A stretch of 64,000 nt of DNA from an uncultured delta proteobacterium (GTDB lineage: Bacteria; Desulfobacterota; Binatia; UBA9968), in contig CAVWLW010000036.1 of NCBI GenBank assembly GCA_963755715.1, positions 1-64,000 of the forward strand, written 5' to 3'. This document shows positions 1 to 10,029 of the stretch, one piece after another (positions within the stretch are counted from its first letter, which is position 1; every line of letters starts with the position of its first letter). Made by a program: the position numbers and the translations under genes. Under the pieces are notes generated by a model, which saw only the letters and a list, made by a program, of their open reading frames with translations, ran no database searches and had not been told where the DNA came from.

Positions 1-731
1 TCAAGACGAACTCCAAGTGGTGGCCGACATGGGGTATTACAACCACGAAGAGCTAAAGCGCTGCGAAGAGGCGGGGATCACGACGTACGTCTCCAAACCG
101 CTCGTATCCAAGAACACCGCGCGGGGATTATTCGGCAAAGAGAAATTTGTTTATGAAGCCGACCGGGACTGTTATCGCTGTCCGGCTAAAGAGCGACTTG
201 ATTTTCGTTTTGAGACTCAGGAGGGCGATAAGAAGTTTCGATATTACTGGACCAACGCTTGTCCGGGCTGCGCTCTCAAAGCCCAGTGTACGACCGACCC
301 GAGGTTTCACCGAATCAAGCGTTGGGAGCATGAAGCGGTTTTAGAGCGGATCGAACAGCGGGTCAAATCCAACTCGGCGATCCTCAAATTACGCCAGCAG
401 CTGGTCGAGCATCCGTTTGGGACGATCAAGTTTTGGAATGACCAGAGACATTTTTTGATGAGAGGACTGGAAAAAGTAAAGGCAGAATTTCTGACGTCTT
501 GTCGACACTGGCCTACGACATCAAGCGGGCACTGAACATCGTGGGGGTCAGAGGCTTGATTGCCGCGCTCAATTAGCGGCCTAGGCATGTCTTTGAGAGG
601 AGATCCGGTCCATTAATCGAAGATTAAATAGCGAAATGACCAAAAACTGAAGTCGCAGTCATGTTTCGCTCGATTCAAATAAAATTTGCTCATCATGGCC
701 CTGAACACCATCAGAGTTTTCACACAGTCTG
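1..731 (+). mobile_element. Right part of an IS1182-family insertion sequence
   Basis: Transposase C-terminus followed by GAGTTTTCACACAGTCTG at 714-731, resembling the ends of IS1182-family elements. The left end lies outside the window. Confidence 0.8.
2..576 (+). CDS. IS1182-family DDE transposase, 5'-truncated by the window, with a frameshift near 490
   Basis: Motifs VADMGYY, YRCPA...CPGCALKAQCT, VEHPFGTIK and FLMRGLEKVKAEF. The expected tail LSTLAYDIKRALNIVG...N* continues in another frame to TAG at 574-576. Confidence 0.85.
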
Positions 732-803
732 GCGCAGCGAAGCATCTCGGCTCTTCAGCCACTGAGGAAGGCGAGATCCTTCGGCTGTAGCCTCAGGATG
801 ACA
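732..803. repeat. REP-like palindromic element (TGTCATCCTGAG family) with a truncated left arm
   Basis: GCGCAGCGAAGCATCTC...GAGATCCTTCGGCTGTAGCCTCAGGATGACA. The right arm is complete; the matching TGTCATCCTGA start of the left arm is replaced by the IS end. Confidence 0.6.
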
Positions 804-846
804 TTGGGATACAGCCTCGGATCGAAACCGCGGACTCAAACGATTG

Positions 847-1073
847 ATGACCGAAACTGCAGAAACCCTCGGCAAGCCGCTCGCCGATCACCTGCTCCTG
901 CGGCCTGTGCCGCGAAGTCTGCCCCGAGCGCGCCGTCCATCCGAAGATGCAGGACATTCATCACATGTATGAAGTCGTTGAAGCATGAATGCACCGGCTG
1001 CGGCGATTGCCTTTCCTATTGCCCGGCGCCCGGCGCCCTCGAAGAATACGAGCTAACCGGCACTGCGCGCTGA
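847..1073 (+). CDS. Small 2[4Fe-4S] ferredoxin-like protein (frameshifted)
   Basis: Two Cys clusters in different frames: CSCGLCREVCP (893-925) and CTGCGDCLSYCP (~990-1025). Confidence 0.6.
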
Positions 1074-1155
1074 TCCGTCCTTGACTTCTGTTTCATCCGC
1101 GCACTAAAGAAGAACTCTCGATACCCACCGAAAGTGTCCAAGGAGGATCTTCATC

Positions 1156-2337
1156 ATGACCACCGATCCACGCACACGCGGCTTGTCAGAAACCTGCACC
1201 GAGCGCGGTCCCAATCGACCTCTCCATACCAAAGGCGGATCGCCGAACTATGTGGAGAAATCGCTCGCCGCTGCGGCCGAACCTTTCAAGGGCATCACCA
1301 ACGACGGAAACGTCATTCCCGGTCTATATAGCGTCCACAAGACCGGCGTTTCTACGCAGTCGATTCGCGAAGCAGCGGAAGCCTTTCTCGGATCATTGAA
1401 TTCGCAGCAGCGCGCCAAAACGCTCTTCCCTGTGGATACCGATCAGTGGCGCAAGTGGAGCAACATCCATCCGACGCTTATGCGCCACGGCATGCCGCTG
1501 TTCGAGATGAATGACAATCAGCGCGACTCTGCTTTCGCGCTGCTGCGTGAGAGCCTGAGCAAGGACGGTTTCGAAGAAGCGCTGAACGTCATGCACCTGA
1601 ACGAGACGGTGCTGGAGATGACCGGCAGACTCAGTGAATACGGTGAAGATCTTTACTGGCTGAGCATCATGGGAACTCCGTCGGCGACCGAGCCGTGGGG
1701 CTGGCAGTGGGACGGCCATCATTTGATCATCAATTATTTCGTGCTCGGCGATCAGGTGGTGGTCACCCCGACATTTCTGGGCGCCGAGCCGGTGCACGCG
1801 ACAGGCGGCAAATATGCTGGCCTGCGAGTTTTCAAAGCCGACGAAGATCGCGGGCTCGCGTTGGCGCGCACGCTTTCGGACACGCAGCGCGCCAAGACCG
1901 TCATCGCTCCGGAAACTTCCGGTGAGGATTTTACCACCGCCTTCCGCGATAATTTGCAATTGAATTACGCCGGCATCCGCTACGATGACCTGTCGAATCC
2001 GCAACATGATCTTTTGCTCAATCTCGTCGACTACCACGTCGCGCGTATGCGCAGCGGCCATGCCCAAGTGAAAATGGAAGAAGTGAAGCAGCATCTCGAA
2101 GACACTTATTTCTGCTGGATGGGCGGCATGGCGGACGACAGTACATTTTACTATCGCGTCCAAAGCCCGGTGATCATCGTCGAGTTCGATCACCAACGCG
2201 GCATCGCGTTTCGCGAGAAGACCAAGCCCTATAAAGATCATATTCATGTGATCGTGCGCACGCCCAACGGCAACGACTACGGCAAGGATTTGCTGCGCCA
2301 GCACTACCAGTACGGCCATCACGCGGCGCGGAGTTGA
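1156..2337 (+). CDS. DUF3500 domain protein
   Basis: WGWQWDGHHL, FYYRVQSP and HIHVIVRTPNGNDYG motifs; GGAGGA RBS. Confidence 0.85.
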   Translation: MTTDPRTRGLSETCTERGPNRPLHTKGGSPNYVEKSLAAAAEPFKGITNDGNVIPGLYSVHKTGVSTQSIREAAEAFLGSLNSQQRAKTLFPVDTDQWRKWSNIHPTLMRHGMPLFEMNDNQRDSAFALLRESLSKDGFEEALNVMHLNETVLEMTGRLSEYGEDLYWLSIMGTPSATEPWGWQWDGHHLIINYFVLGDQVVVTPTFLGAEPVHATGGKYAGLRVFKADEDRGLALARTLSDTQRAKTVIAPETSGEDFTTAFRDNLQLNYAGIRYDDLSNPQHDLLLNLVDYHVARMRSGHAQVKMEEVKQHLEDTYFCWMGGMADDSTFYYRVQSPVIIVEFDHQRGIAFREKTKPYKDHIHVIVRTPNGNDYGKDLLRQHYQYGHHAARS

Positions 2338-2364
2338 TCGCAAATCCGCCATCGCATTGTTCTC

Positions 2365-2425
2365 GTAGGGGCAGACCTGCGTGTCTGCCCTTCACGGACG
2401 GGCGACCACACAGGGTCGCCCCTAC
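2365..2425. repeat. GTAG-type REP doublet (REPIN-like)
   Basis: GTAGGGGCAGACCTGCGTGTCTGCCC followed by an inverted GGGCGACCACACAGGGTCGCCCCTAC. Confidence 0.8.
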
Positions 2426-2562
2426 AGGAAATTACTGTCCTAGCTATCAAACCGTTCCACGCCCTTGACGCCTCGCCGGTGGCCATAATAAGAAGGCGTG
2501 CGGTCTGAAATCGAATCACGTCGTAAACAGCATTTCCAACTCCAAGCCGCGGAGAAAACTCT

Positions 2563-3561
2563 ATGGGCGTTTGGCATGTGCGATGGGTTCTATTTTTCTG
2601 TTTGTCGGCGAGCGCCGTCGGTCTTGCTTCAACCGACGCTCAAGCCCAATCCGCTCTCAAAAAAGTTCGTCTAGGCATCGCCGCCACCAGCGTCGGCTTT
2701 TTGCCTATCTACGCCGCCTATCATCGCGGCTTCTACAAAGACGAAGGCATCGATTTGGAAATTATCCTGATGTCGCTCGCCGCCGCCAATAACGCGTTCT
2801 TCAAAGGCGAGATCGACTACAGCGCGGGGCTCACCGGGCTGGCCCTCGCCGCGGTGAGAAATTATCCGGCGAAAATTCTGATTTTCACTATTGCCAAGCC
2901 GCTTCAGTCTTTTATGAGCCGCAAAGAGATCAAAGAGCCGCGCGATCTCAAGGGCAAAAAAGTCGCCGGCAGTTCGCCCGGCGGTTCAGCGACGATTCTC
3001 GCCTATCAGGCCCTCCGCTATTTTGGTCTCGAACCCGGCAAGGATGTGCAAGTCTTGCCGATGGGCGGCTCGGGCGCGGGACGGCTGGCCGTGCTGGAAC
3101 AGGGCGTCGTCGACGCGTCGCTGCTCTCCGTACCGGAAAATCTCATCGCGCTCCACAAAGGTTATAACGAGCTGATCTTTTTGGGCGACGTTGTGACTTT
3201 CCCGCAGAATGGTTTCGGCACATCGGTAGCGCGCATCCAGCAGCAGCCTGAAGAAGTTTACAAGATGGTGCGCGCTACCTTGCGTGGCTTGCTGTTCGTC
3301 ACGGACGAGACCAATCGCGACCAGGCACGGGACATCATGATGAAGCAATGGCGCGTCAGTGACAGCAAACTTGCCGGAGAAATGCTGGGATATTTGAAGC
3401 GTGGCTTGGCCAAAGACGCTGTCGTCACTTCCGAAGCCGTGCAGTACTTCATCGATTTGACGCGGGAGTCATCGAACATTGCGCAACCGATCAGCGCAGC
3501 CCAAATTGTTGATTTCACTTTTCTGGACAGAGCGAGAAGGGAGCTGCGCGCCTCGAGATAG
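2563..3561 (+). CDS. ABC transporter substrate-binding protein, NMT1/SsuA/TauA family
   Basis: Signal peptide; RGFYKDEGIDLE and DLKGKKVAGSSPG motifs. Confidence 0.85.
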   Translation: MGVWHVRWVLFFCLSASAVGLASTDAQAQSALKKVRLGIAATSVGFLPIYAAYHRGFYKDEGIDLEIILMSLAAANNAFFKGEIDYSAGLTGLALAAVRNYPAKILIFTIAKPLQSFMSRKEIKEPRDLKGKKVAGSSPGGSATILAYQALRYFGLEPGKDVQVLPMGGSGAGRLAVLEQGVVDASLLSVPENLIALHKGYNELIFLGDVVTFPQNGFGTSVARIQQQPEEVYKMVRATLRGLLFVTDETNRDQARDIMMKQWRVSDSKLAGEMLGYLKRGLAKDAVVTSEAVQYFIDLTRESSNIAQPISAAQIVDFTFLDRARRELRASR

Positions 3562-3680
3562 AAAGACAGCCGGAAAAGGCTCCGGTCTCCCAAAGTGAAG
3601 CCGCACGTCAGCTTTCGTTCTCGCAAAAAGTCGCGTAGAAAACTTGGATGGATCCCTAAGCTTCCCGATAGGAGGAAACC

Positions 3681-4314
3681 ATGCTGGAATTCGAAGGCAG
3701 ACAGATACCGAATCAGCTAAAAGAAATCGTCGATCCCAAACGCACCGTGCTCTTGGTTTGGGACATGCAGAATGATCAAGCCGGCGGAGCGTTTAACAAA
3801 GACGCGCTGATTCGCAACGCGCCGCCGCTGATCGCGGCAGCAGGCCAGGCACAGATCAAGACGGTCTACACGCGCCAGACGCCGTTTCTATGGAAGGACG
3901 AAGCGCCGGTCTGGATCCGCCGCGGCCTGAAGGATCAAAAAGTCGATCACCCGAGTCAACTCAAACCGCGCCGGCTGCACGGCAGCTTCGGCTGGAATAT
4001 TATGGAGCCATTCAAGCCGGCACCCGAAGACGCCGTGATCGACAAGCGGCGCCCGACCATGTTCATCGGCAACGAGTTTGAAACCATTATGAACAACATC
4101 GGCGCGACTACGATCGTCATGATCGGCTGCACCACCGATGGCGGTGTCGAAGCCACCGTGCGCGAGGGCTTCAATCGTAGCTACTTCATGGTGATCGTCG
4201 CACGACTGCGTCGGCACCTACACCGAAGAAGGCCACAACGCCGCGCTCAAGCGCATGGAGCGGTTCGCCGAAATCGTCGACTCGAAGGGGCTGATCGATA
4301 TCTGGCGGCGATGA
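3681..4314 (+). CDS. Isochorismatase-family cysteine hydrolase (frameshift ~4200)
   Basis: LLVWDMQND, IDKRRP and GCTTDGGVEATVR. The tail DCVGTYTEEGHNAAL...WRR* is in a shifted frame and ends at 4314. Confidence 0.8.
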
Positions 4315-4320
4315 CCATCG

Positions 4321-4725
4321 ATGGAAGTTGAAGTCAGGGCGGCGCTGGAAAAGTTTCGCCGCGGCGATGATGAGACCGCGTTTTTTGAATTGATCGAGAT
4401 GCCCGGCGATGTGCTAACCGGCATCATTGATGTCTTCCACGCCGAGCCGCGTGCCGACATCCGGGCATTCTTAGTCAAAGCCGCCTGGGAACGCCGCGAG
4501 GAGACCGTCATGCCGTTTTTAGCTGAGGCTCTAAACAATAATGCGGAAGAAGTTTGGCAGGAAGCTCTCGATGGTTTGGTGGCGTTTTCTTCGCCAGCGT
4601 CGCTGAAAATTCTGCAATCGGCCCGTTCGCGTAAATTTACAGAAGAGACCGAGGCCAAACGTTTTAATCTCTGGCTTGAAGAAGCGATCCAACAGGTTGA
4701 ATTTGAGCTCCGAAGCAAGGTTTGA
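4321..4725 (+). CDS. HEAT-repeat-like helical protein
   Basis: PFLAEALNNNAEEVWQEALDGL resembles a HEAT unit. Confidence 0.55.
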   Translation: MEVEVRAALEKFRRGDDETAFFELIEMPGDVLTGIIDVFHAEPRADIRAFLVKAAWERREETVMPFLAEALNNNAEEVWQEALDGLVAFSSPASLKILQSARSRKFTEETEAKRFNLWLEEAIQQVEFELRSKV

Positions 4726-4811
4726 TCTGAAATCCGTTCGGTTGCGAAGAACAATCCGAAGAGGTTAAAAGAAGCGTAACTTCACTCGGCAAGCCGTCAA
4801 AGGAGATAATC

Positions 4812-5780
4812 ATGGCTGGAACAAACGGCCGGAAGGCCCTGCATGTCGCGACTTTTTCCGGATGGTATCGCTTCGAGCAAGACGGCAAACAGTTTCGACA
4901 GACCAAGCGCGATCTCACGTACTGGACCCTGACCTGCATGTCCGTCGATCCGGACAACCCGGAAAAGATTTACGCCGGCAGCGAACACTCCGGGCTGTTC
5001 TACACGGAGAACGCCGGCAAAGCGTGGAAGCGCGCCGAGCCCAATACCCCGAAGATGATGCTTTTCTCGGCCTTGGCTTTAAACGGCGGCGTGATGGTGG
5101 GCACAATCCCATCGGCGGTTTATCGCAGTAAAAACGGCGGCTGGGAAGAGTTGGAAGGCGTGCGCAAAAACAGTGCGGGTGCGAATTTTCCGCCGAGCCC
5201 CGAGCTGCAGTCGCGTGCGCGTTATCTCGCTTACGATCCGGTCGCGCCGGCACGCCTCTATGCCGGCATCGAAGTGGGCGGCATGCTCGTCAGCGACGAC
5301 AGCGGCTACAGCTGGCAACCCGCGAACGAGGGGCTCACCGACATGGACGTGCACGAGGTCGTCGCCAGCGCGGCCAATCCAGGCATGGTCTATGCCGCTT
5401 GCGGTGAAGCGACGTTTCGCAGTTTGGATCGGGCCGTCCATTGGGAAAACAATTCAACCAAGACGCACGACTACGGCACGTCGGTCGCGGAGGACAAAAA
5501 TGGCATCGTTTATCTCGGCGCCGCTAAAGGACGGCCGAACTTATGGATTCGCGAAGAAGGCGCGATCGCCGCGATCTTTCGCAGCGCCGACAAGGGCGCG
5601 ACCTGGGAAAAAATCACTGACAATCTGAAAGGCGGTGTCATGCACATGTGCCCCGATCCCGATGGCAACGGCATGGTGGCCGGCACCTCGGACGGCAGCT
5701 TGCTTCTGATCGATGACTCCGGCGTGCGTGAAGTCGTCAGCGGATTGCCGTTCGTCACCTCGGTGGAATTGGCGGCGTAG
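4812..5780 (+). CDS. BNR/Asp-box beta-propeller protein
   Basis: Repeated Asp-boxes (TENAGKAW, SDDSGYSW, SLDRAVHW, SADKGATW); AAGGAG RBS. Confidence 0.8.
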   Translation: MAGTNGRKALHVATFSGWYRFEQDGKQFRQTKRDLTYWTLTCMSVDPDNPEKIYAGSEHSGLFYTENAGKAWKRAEPNTPKMMLFSALALNGGVMVGTIPSAVYRSKNGGWEELEGVRKNSAGANFPPSPELQSRARYLAYDPVAPARLYAGIEVGGMLVSDDSGYSWQPANEGLTDMDVHEVVASAANPGMVYAACGEATFRSLDRAVHWENNSTKTHDYGTSVAEDKNGIVYLGAAKGRPNLWIREEGAIAAIFRSADKGATWEKITDNLKGGVMHMCPDPDGNGMVAGTSDGSLLLIDDSGVREVVSGLPFVTSVELAA

Positions 5781-5850
5781 TGTTGGAAGCCGGCGAAAAA
5801 TGCTCTCTCTGCGGCAACCCAGTTAAATAGACTCGAAGAGGTTTTTTGTC

Positions 5851-6495
5851 ATGAAACTTTATACCTTCTTTCGCAGCTCCGCTTCCTACCGAGTGCGCAT
5901 CGCGCTCAATTTGAAGGGCTTAACTTACGAGCAAGCGCCGATTCATTTACGCCGGGGCGGCGGCGAACAACTAAGCGCTGCCTACAAAGCGATCAATCCG
6001 CAAGCCCTCGTCCCAACTCTGGAAGACAATGGCAAGGTCCTCACTCAATCCCTCGCCATCATCGAATATCTCGAAGAGACACATCCCAATCCGCCGCTGC
6101 TGCCCAAAGATCCCGCAGACAAGGCGTTGGTGCGCAGCATGGCGATGGTGATCGCCTGTGAAGTGCATCCGATTCAAAATCTGCGCGTGCTGAATTATGT
6201 GAAAAAGGAATACAATCAGACCGACGAACAGGTAAACCGCTGGGCGCAGCAATGGATCGATCTCGGCCTGTCAGCCTTGGAGCAAATGATCGTCGCGCAG
6301 CCAAAGCGCGGCAAGTATTGCTTCGGTGACGCGCCGACGCTCGCCGACATCTGCCTGGTGCCTCAGCTCGGCAACGCGCGCCGCTACGGCTGCGATCTGT
6401 CGCGGTATCCAAATATTTTGGCGATCGAAAAAGACTGCATGGCGCTTCCCGCCTTCGCTAACGCTGCCCCGGAAAAACAGCCGGACGCTGAATAG
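5851..6495 (+). CDS. maiA: Maleylacetoacetate/maleylpyruvate isomerase (zeta GST)
   Basis: YTFFRSSASYRVRIALNLK, INPQALVP, QSLAIIEYL, IACEVHPIQNLRVL and PEKQPDAE. Confidence 0.93.
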   Translation: MKLYTFFRSSASYRVRIALNLKGLTYEQAPIHLRRGGGEQLSAAYKAINPQALVPTLEDNGKVLTQSLAIIEYLEETHPNPPLLPKDPADKALVRSMAMVIACEVHPIQNLRVLNYVKKEYNQTDEQVNRWAQQWIDLGLSALEQMIVAQPKRGKYCFGDAPTLADICLVPQLGNARRYGCDLSRYPNILAIEKDCMALPAFANAAPEKQPDAE

Positions 6496-6531
6496 TAGTT
6501 TGTAGTGAAGTATAACAGTTACCTAGCGTCT

Positions 6532-6603
6532 GCCGTTCATGGTTCGAGCGCCTCACCAAGAACGGCTTGTGCCTTGACCGATCACTATGATCTCGTCGAA
6601 GGG
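6532..6603. repeat. Degenerate REP-like palindrome (GCCGTTCATGGTTCGA...GAACGGC family)
   Basis: GCCGTTC/GAACGGC arms plus a downstream CTCGTCGAAGGG remnant. Confidence 0.5.
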
Positions 6604-6643
6604 TTCTTCTAACTTAACCGCGAATCAACTGTTACAGTCGGCT

Positions 6644-6722
6644 AGTTTCTCGTTTCTGTTTTCCAGGTAAGTTCAGAGCATCAAATCCGCGAGTCGAAAC
6701 CACGCATCAGAAACTAGAAACT
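6644..6722. repeat. Heptamer-based palindromic element (AGTTTCT...AGAAACT)
   Basis: Tandem GTTTCT units opposed by AGAAACTAGAAACT; related copies at 44298 and 54309. Confidence 0.6.
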
Positions 6723-6732
6723 TCGCCGCCCC

Positions 6733-7506
6733 ATGTTCGTCCTCAAACAATTTCTCAAAGCGCTGCTCCTGCCGCCGATGCCGTGGCTGCTCATGTTACT
6801 GGCAGTGCTGATTTGGTGGCGAAGAACATGGGCGCGTAAGCTATTGCTGATTACTTTCTTGCTCATCCTCGCCTTGCACAGCGGCCCGGTGAATTATGCG
6901 CTGCGCTACCCGTTGGAAGCGCGTTATCCGCCGCTCATCGACCCGAGTAAAGCGGGCTCCTACGACGCCATCGTGGTTTTAACCGCCGGCAGCGTCGCCG
7001 CCGAAGGTTTGATCCCGTTTCCGTCGGTCGACGAACATATGTTTCGCCGCCTCGATGAAGCCTGGCGTCTGTACCGACTACGCCCCAAGCCGGTCATTAT
7101 TTCCGGTGGCCACGTCAACCCATTCACACCCGCCAAGGATGAAAACCGGATTGCGCGCGAGTTCCTGATCCGCTGGGGCGTTCGGAAAGAGGACGTCATC
7201 GGCGAGGAAAATTCCCGTGATACCTTTGAAAGTGCGCTCGAGACTCGGAAGATACTGACGCAACGCGGCTGGAAACGTTACCTCCTGGTGACCTCCGCGA
7301 TGCACATGCCGCGCAGCATGCTGGTTTTTTCCGAACTCGTGCCGGTACCGATAGCCGCGCCCGGCGACTTCTCCATCGGCAAGTTCGAGCTAACGCCGTT
7401 CGATTTCTTTCCCAACGAAGCGGTCGCGCCAAAACTGTCCGCCACCCTACATGAATATCTCGGCCTCGCGAACTATTATTGGCGGCTGCACTTTGCCAAT
7501 GGCTAG
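6733..7506 (+). CDS. YdcF/ElyC/SanA family (DUF218) envelope protein
   Basis: N-terminal TM helices; DAIVVL, IISGG, EENSRDTFESA, LVTSAMHMPRS and LHEYLG. Confidence 0.9.
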   Translation: MFVLKQFLKALLLPPMPWLLMLLAVLIWWRRTWARKLLLITFLLILALHSGPVNYALRYPLEARYPPLIDPSKAGSYDAIVVLTAGSVAAEGLIPFPSVDEHMFRRLDEAWRLYRLRPKPVIISGGHVNPFTPAKDENRIAREFLIRWGVRKEDVIGEENSRDTFESALETRKILTQRGWKRYLLVTSAMHMPRSMLVFSELVPVPIAAPGDFSIGKFELTPFDFFPNEAVAPKLSATLHEYLGLANYYWRLHFANG

Positions 7507-7608
7507 AAAATCCCTTCCGTCTCAAGTCCAGTTGCAAATCTCCTAGAGAGATATAAGAATGCGGTTGCTTTTCGCGGTGCTGAGCCGAGAAGCCAACCGT
7601 CCTATACG

Positions 7609-8676
7609 ATGATTTCGATTAAAAACCTTCTGAAGATTTTCAATTCCGGTGGCGACTCCGTGCGCGCCGTGGACGCGGTCACGATCGAAGTCGCGGAGCG
7701 GGAATTTTTCGTATTGCTGGGTTTGAGTGGATCGGGTAAGACGACCTTACTGCGCTGCGTCGCCGGTCTGGAAAGGCCGGACGGCGGCGAAATCGCCATA
7801 GGCAACTCTCTGGTCAGCTCCGCGGCGCGAAACTTTTTTCTTGGACCGGAAGAGCGCGGACTCGGCATGGTATTTCAGTCCTATGCCGTTTGGCCGCATA
7901 TGACGGTGTATCAAAACGTTGCGTTTCCGTTGGTTAACGGCCCGCGCAAATATTCCACCCACGACGTGAAGAAGCGAGTTTTGAATGCGCTGGAGCTAGT
8001 GCAGCTCGGCGGCCTCGCCGACCGCCCGGCGCCATTCTTAAGCGGCGGCCAACAGCAGCGGGTCGCGCTGGCGCGCGCCCTCGCCGTCGAGCCGAAAGTG
8101 CTGCTCATGGACGAGCCGCTCAGCAATCTCGACGCACGGCTGCGCGAGGAAGTGCGCGACGAAATCAAAAACCTCTCGAGAAAATTCGGCATCGCCGTGC
8201 TCTACGTCACTCACGATCAGGTCGAAGCGATGGCCTTGGCGGACCGGGTCGCGGTCATGAGCAAAGGCAAAGTGCTCCAATGCGCGCCGCCGCGCCAGCT
8301 CTACGAGGCGCCGTCGAGCCGTGAAGTCTGCGAATTTCTCGGTTCGACGAATTTGCTCGATGGCGTGGTTTCGAACGGCGGTCAGGTCGAAACCGAACTG
8401 GGCAAAATTATTTGCTCTATTCCCGATCCCCAAATGAAAAATGTCAGCGTCGCGATTCGCCCTGAAGAAATTCTGCTGTCAGCGACGTCAACCGGTTCGG
8501 AAAACGAATTTGCCGCCGAGATGGTGTCTTCGACGTTTCTCGGCGAGCTGACGGTGTGCGACGTGCTGGTGAACGGCAAAACATTGCGTTTCAAGACGAC
8601 CCAAAGCGCCGCGCCCGCGCAGCGATTTTACGTGCGTCTGCCTGCCGACAAGCTAAAACTATTTGCTCGGTCGTGA
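7609..8676 (+). CDS. ABC transporter ATP-binding protein (PotA/FbpC-like, TOBE)
   Basis: Walker A GLSGSGKT, LSGGQQQRVALARA, LLMDEP and YVTHDQ. Confidence 0.92.
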   Translation: MISIKNLLKIFNSGGDSVRAVDAVTIEVAEREFFVLLGLSGSGKTTLLRCVAGLERPDGGEIAIGNSLVSSAARNFFLGPEERGLGMVFQSYAVWPHMTVYQNVAFPLVNGPRKYSTHDVKKRVLNALELVQLGGLADRPAPFLSGGQQQRVALARALAVEPKVLLMDEPLSNLDARLREEVRDEIKNLSRKFGIAVLYVTHDQVEAMALADRVAVMSKGKVLQCAPPRQLYEAPSSREVCEFLGSTNLLDGVVSNGGQVETELGKIICSIPDPQMKNVSVAIRPEEILLSATSTGSENEFAAEMVSSTFLGELTVCDVLVNGKTLRFKTTQSAAPAQRFYVRLPADKLKLFARS

Positions 8677-8721
8677 CGCGGTTGATATCCGTGTGAACAA
8701 AATATTGAAGAGGATGGTTTT

Positions 8722-9999
8722 ATGCTGCCACGCGAAGACAATAATCTGCTGACCCAAACTGGGCCGGACAAACCGATGGGCAAGCTCATGCGTCGGTACT
8801 GGATTCCCGCTTTGCTATCGAAGGAAATCGCTGAGCGCGACGGTCCACCGGTACGTGTGCGTCTGCTCGGCGAGGACCTCGTGGCTTTTCGTGACAGTCA
8901 GGGACACGTCGGTCTCCTGGACGAACATTGCTCCCACCGCGGCACTTCGCTTTTTTTCGGCCGCAATGAAGAGTGCGGATTGCGCTGCATTTATCACGGT
9001 TGGAAGTACGACACCGATGGCAACGTGTTGGAGACTCCGGCAGAACCGGAGGGCAGCACATTAAAAGACAAAGTCCATCACACCGCTTATCCGTGCAAAG
9101 AAGCGGCGGGGATTGTGTGGAGCTATCTCGGACCGAAGGATAAGATTCCCCTGCTGCCCAATTATGAGTGGATGAATCTTTCGCCGGATCACTTGTACGT
9201 CACCAAGTCCGTTCAAGATTGCAGCTGGCTCCAGGGTCTCGAAGGCGAATGCGACTCCTCGCATCTTTCGGTCCTGCACAAGAATTTTACCGGCGAGCGC
9301 CAGCGCGGCGGCGGTGACGGCGCTTTGTACGCGGCGGATTCGGCGCCTGAATTGGAAGGGATAGAAATGGATTACGGCGTCAGAATGCTATCCTGCCGTA
9401 AGATCGATCCAGAGACCGTTTACCTGCGCGTTTCCAACATCGTCCTGCCTTGCCACGGCTTTATTCCCACGGGCGGTTTGAAAGGGAATCCCGAAGGCTA
9501 CACGATCCACTCCCACGTGCCCATCGACGACACTCATAGCATGCGCTACAACATTCACTTTCGGCGCACTCGCCCGATCCACGACAACGAAAGACAGCAT
9601 GATGACGAGATCGGCGCGGATTTTCACAAGCGGCGCAACTTAGATAACAACTACCTGCAAGACCGCGAGCAGCAGAAGCGTGAGACATTCACAGGCATGG
9701 GACAAATCTTTCTCATTCATGACTCCTGCGCCACGGAAAGCATGGGTCCGATCTACGACCGCTCCCAAGAGCATCTCGGCGTCAGCGACATGACCGTCAT
9801 TGCGGTGCGAAGATTTCTTCTGCACACGGTTCGCGCCGTCGAGAGCGGCAAGGAGCCTCCCCATGTCATCCGAAGCGAGGCGCAGAACGATTTACGACAC
9901 CTCGCCTGCATCGCCACGAAGATCCCCGCCAGCAGCGATCCAAAAACATACGTGACCGAACAATTGAAGAAGGAAAAGTATTGGGAAACCGCGGATTGA
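8722..9999 (+). CDS. Rieske oxygenase alpha subunit, LigXa/phthalate 4,5-dioxygenase-like
   Basis: CSHRG...CIYHGW Rieske ligands; EGECDSSHLSVLH mononuclear Fe motif. Confidence 0.9.
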   Translation: MLPREDNNLLTQTGPDKPMGKLMRRYWIPALLSKEIAERDGPPVRVRLLGEDLVAFRDSQGHVGLLDEHCSHRGTSLFFGRNEECGLRCIYHGWKYDTDGNVLETPAEPEGSTLKDKVHHTAYPCKEAAGIVWSYLGPKDKIPLLPNYEWMNLSPDHLYVTKSVQDCSWLQGLEGECDSSHLSVLHKNFTGERQRGGGDGALYAADSAPELEGIEMDYGVRMLSCRKIDPETVYLRVSNIVLPCHGFIPTGGLKGNPEGYTIHSHVPIDDTHSMRYNIHFRRTRPIHDNERQHDDEIGADFHKRRNLDNNYLQDREQQKRETFTGMGQIFLIHDSCATESMGPIYDRSQEHLGVSDMTVIAVRRFLLHTVRAVESGKEPPHVIRSEAQNDLRHLACIATKIPASSDPKTYVTEQLKKEKYWETAD

Positions 10000-10029
10000 G
10001 ACAGTGGCATAATTTCACTTGGAGGTCCC

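Noticed and set aside
6535-6570. tRNA-like GGTTCGAG T-loop
   Set aside because: No cloverleaf; it belongs to a REP-like palindrome.
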